Positions 62,729 through 64,000 of a stretch of DNA of 64,000 nucleotides are shown here, in pieces (position 1 is the stretch's first letter; every line of letters begins with the position of its first letter). The notes below the pieces were generated by a model. The model did no database searches. It saw only the letters and a program-made list of their open reading frames with translations, and was not told the origin of the DNA. A program made the position numbers and the translations under genes. Source of the stretch: Methanocellales archaeon (GTDB taxonomy: Archaea > Halobacteriota > UBA148 > JAUWXC01); the NCBI GenBank assembly GCA_030610945.1, contig JAUWQV010000004.1:53812-117811 (forward strand). The letters run 5' to 3'.

Positions 62729-63653
62729 TAGGTGGAATCACACCTGCAAGTATCATCTCCCGCTTCTTTTCCACCGCCAAAATGTGATTGTCTAGCTCTG
62801 AGAGGCTGTAGTTACATCCGGAGCACCTGAGCATATCAGGATTCCACTTATAGCCTTCCTTGCATAGGAACGTCTTTATCGGATTAAAGGTGGCATCTTT
62901 AATCCGGGATTTACACTCCGGGTTAGAGGATATCTCCTCCCTCAGCTCGCTATAAACCCTATATCTTTCTTCGTGGAGCTTTTCGTAAACATTTTTGAAC
63001 TTAGAGACGGCTTTATCATAGTTCGAGGTCACAGTGGACTCCATTCCTGAGGCCCCTGCTAATCCTCCTATTATCGCACCAATCAATGCTGACCCCCCAT
63101 AGATTAACATAAGGATGCTTTCCTGGGTCCATGAGGTGATTCCTAGCCACTCAAAGATAAGAAAAATAATATAAAGAGGTGCAAGCGCTATCGCAAGCAC
63201 TAACACCCCTACGGGCCCAAGAATCCAGAAAATGATGAGTGCAAATACAATACAGATTACGAGGACGATTGTGGCGAAGATAGAAACACCAAGTCCCACA
63301 ACAGCACCAACCAAAGCACCAACAAGAGCATCCACAATTCGATAAGAGATCGGTGTTTTGTACGCCCTACCGATCTCTTTGGACAGCTCTTTCTGAACTA
63401 TCGCTATTCCAGTATCACCAACAGCTTCACCCGATGTTATTGTTGCCCATTCCGTAGCAGTATGTGTTTGATTTAAATAAGCATCGTCCCCTTTAGTTAA
63501 CGTAAACTTCCCTCTAAAACCTCCTCCCTTAAACACCACTCCACAAGATGTACACTCAACCAAGGAGTTCTGAGATTTGAGTGAGTTGGGTGCTTTGCAC
63601 ATCGGGCAGCCGCCTCCAAATCCTTGGTTTATCCATTTATCACGAATACCCAT
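62700..63653 (-). CDS. membrane protein with N-terminal zinc ribbon and C-terminal Cys cluster
   Basis: CPMC..CTSC, three to four TM helices, C..C..CSGC near the C-terminus. Confidence 0.65.
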   Translation of the reverse strand: MGIRDKWINQGFGGGCPMCKAPNSLKSQNSLVECTSCGVVFKGGGFRGKFTLTKGDDAYLNQTHTATEWATITSGEAVGDTGIAIVQKELSKEIGRAYKTPISYRIVDALVGALVGAVVGLGVSIFATIVLVICIVFALIIFWILGPVGVLVLAIALAPLYIIFLIFEWLGITSWTQESILMLIYGGSALIGAIIGGLAGASGMESTVTSNYDKAVSKFKNVYEKLHEERYRVYSELREEISSNPECKSRIKDATFNPIKTFLCKEGYKWNPDMLRCSGCNYSLSELDNHILAVEKKREMILAGVIPPNEGGGEGAS

Positions 63654-63824
63654 ATCGAGTGTGTCCTCCCGCTTTTTACTTCAAATTCTCTTGCTCAGTC
63701 TATTTATACCATTGATATTTCTTCAATATAAACATGGACTGTCCGAGATTCTTTAATCGATCTCGGGGGTACGAATTACTTATGTATTCAAAACAAAAAT
63801 GAGAATGTATTGGGGGCGTATGTA

Positions 63825-64000
63825 ATGGCAGAAACGAAGAGGAATACTAAGCATAAAGATGCACAAAATGAACTAGCAGAAAAATTTAGAAAAAAACTTG
63901 GAGATGAAGATAAAGTTTCAACCAAAGGGAACAATCTACCGATATCACCACAAAAAGGAAAACCCACACGAAAAGAAGCCGTTTATCGGCCAGATATAAT
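63825..64000 (+). CDS. N-terminal part of a hypothetical protein, possibly a PD-(D/E)xK nuclease (runs off the window edge)
   Basis: MAETKRNTKHKDAQNELAEKF...AVYRPDI. Confidence 0.4.
   Translation, partial: MAETKRNTKHKDAQNELAEKFRKKLGDEDKVSTKGNNLPISPQKGKPTRKEAVYRPDI

Larger units (their letters stand above)
52405..64000. mobile_element. integrated plasmid/satellite-like element with decaying cargo island; boundaries approximate
   Basis: abrupt loss of housekeeping genes, AT-richer sequence, D5/SF3 helicase, RHH/AbrB/wHTH regulators, many pseudogene fragments; no integrase or att site seen. Confidence 0.7.

Overview
Archaeal chromosome segment, most consistent with a Methanosarcinia/Methanocellia-like member of Halobacteriota. 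Markers are SepCysS, the MA1821/MA1822/MA1715-type sulfur genes, MfnA, RFA-P synthase, PAN, Csl4, RpoL and aIF2-beta-TRAM. Positions 1-52.4 kb are mostly housekeeping genes. They also include a type IV pilus motor locus (ATPase, two TadC-like proteins, MinD), a separate prepilin peptidase plus five pilin-like genes, a bacterial-type class I GAPDH, a class III RNR, an intron-containing tRNA-Gly(CCC) and a VapBC pair. Two small accessory patches lie at about 14.55-15.7 kb and 19.6-21.7 kb. From about 52.4 kb to the end is an AT-richer accessory island, the best candidate for an undescribed system. Its left part is arranged like a phage satellite or integrated plasmid: a divergent wHTH gene, an unannotated RHH gene, small coupled ORFs (one with a histone-fold-like N-terminus), a primase-less D5/SF3 helicase, an iteron-like inverted-repeat origin and a DUF1699-like gene. 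Lipoprotein and membrane cargo, pseudogenes and an apparent BREX brxC/pglX scar follow. No integrase, att site or CRISPR array was seen. All family assignments come from motif recognition by eye; no database search was run.
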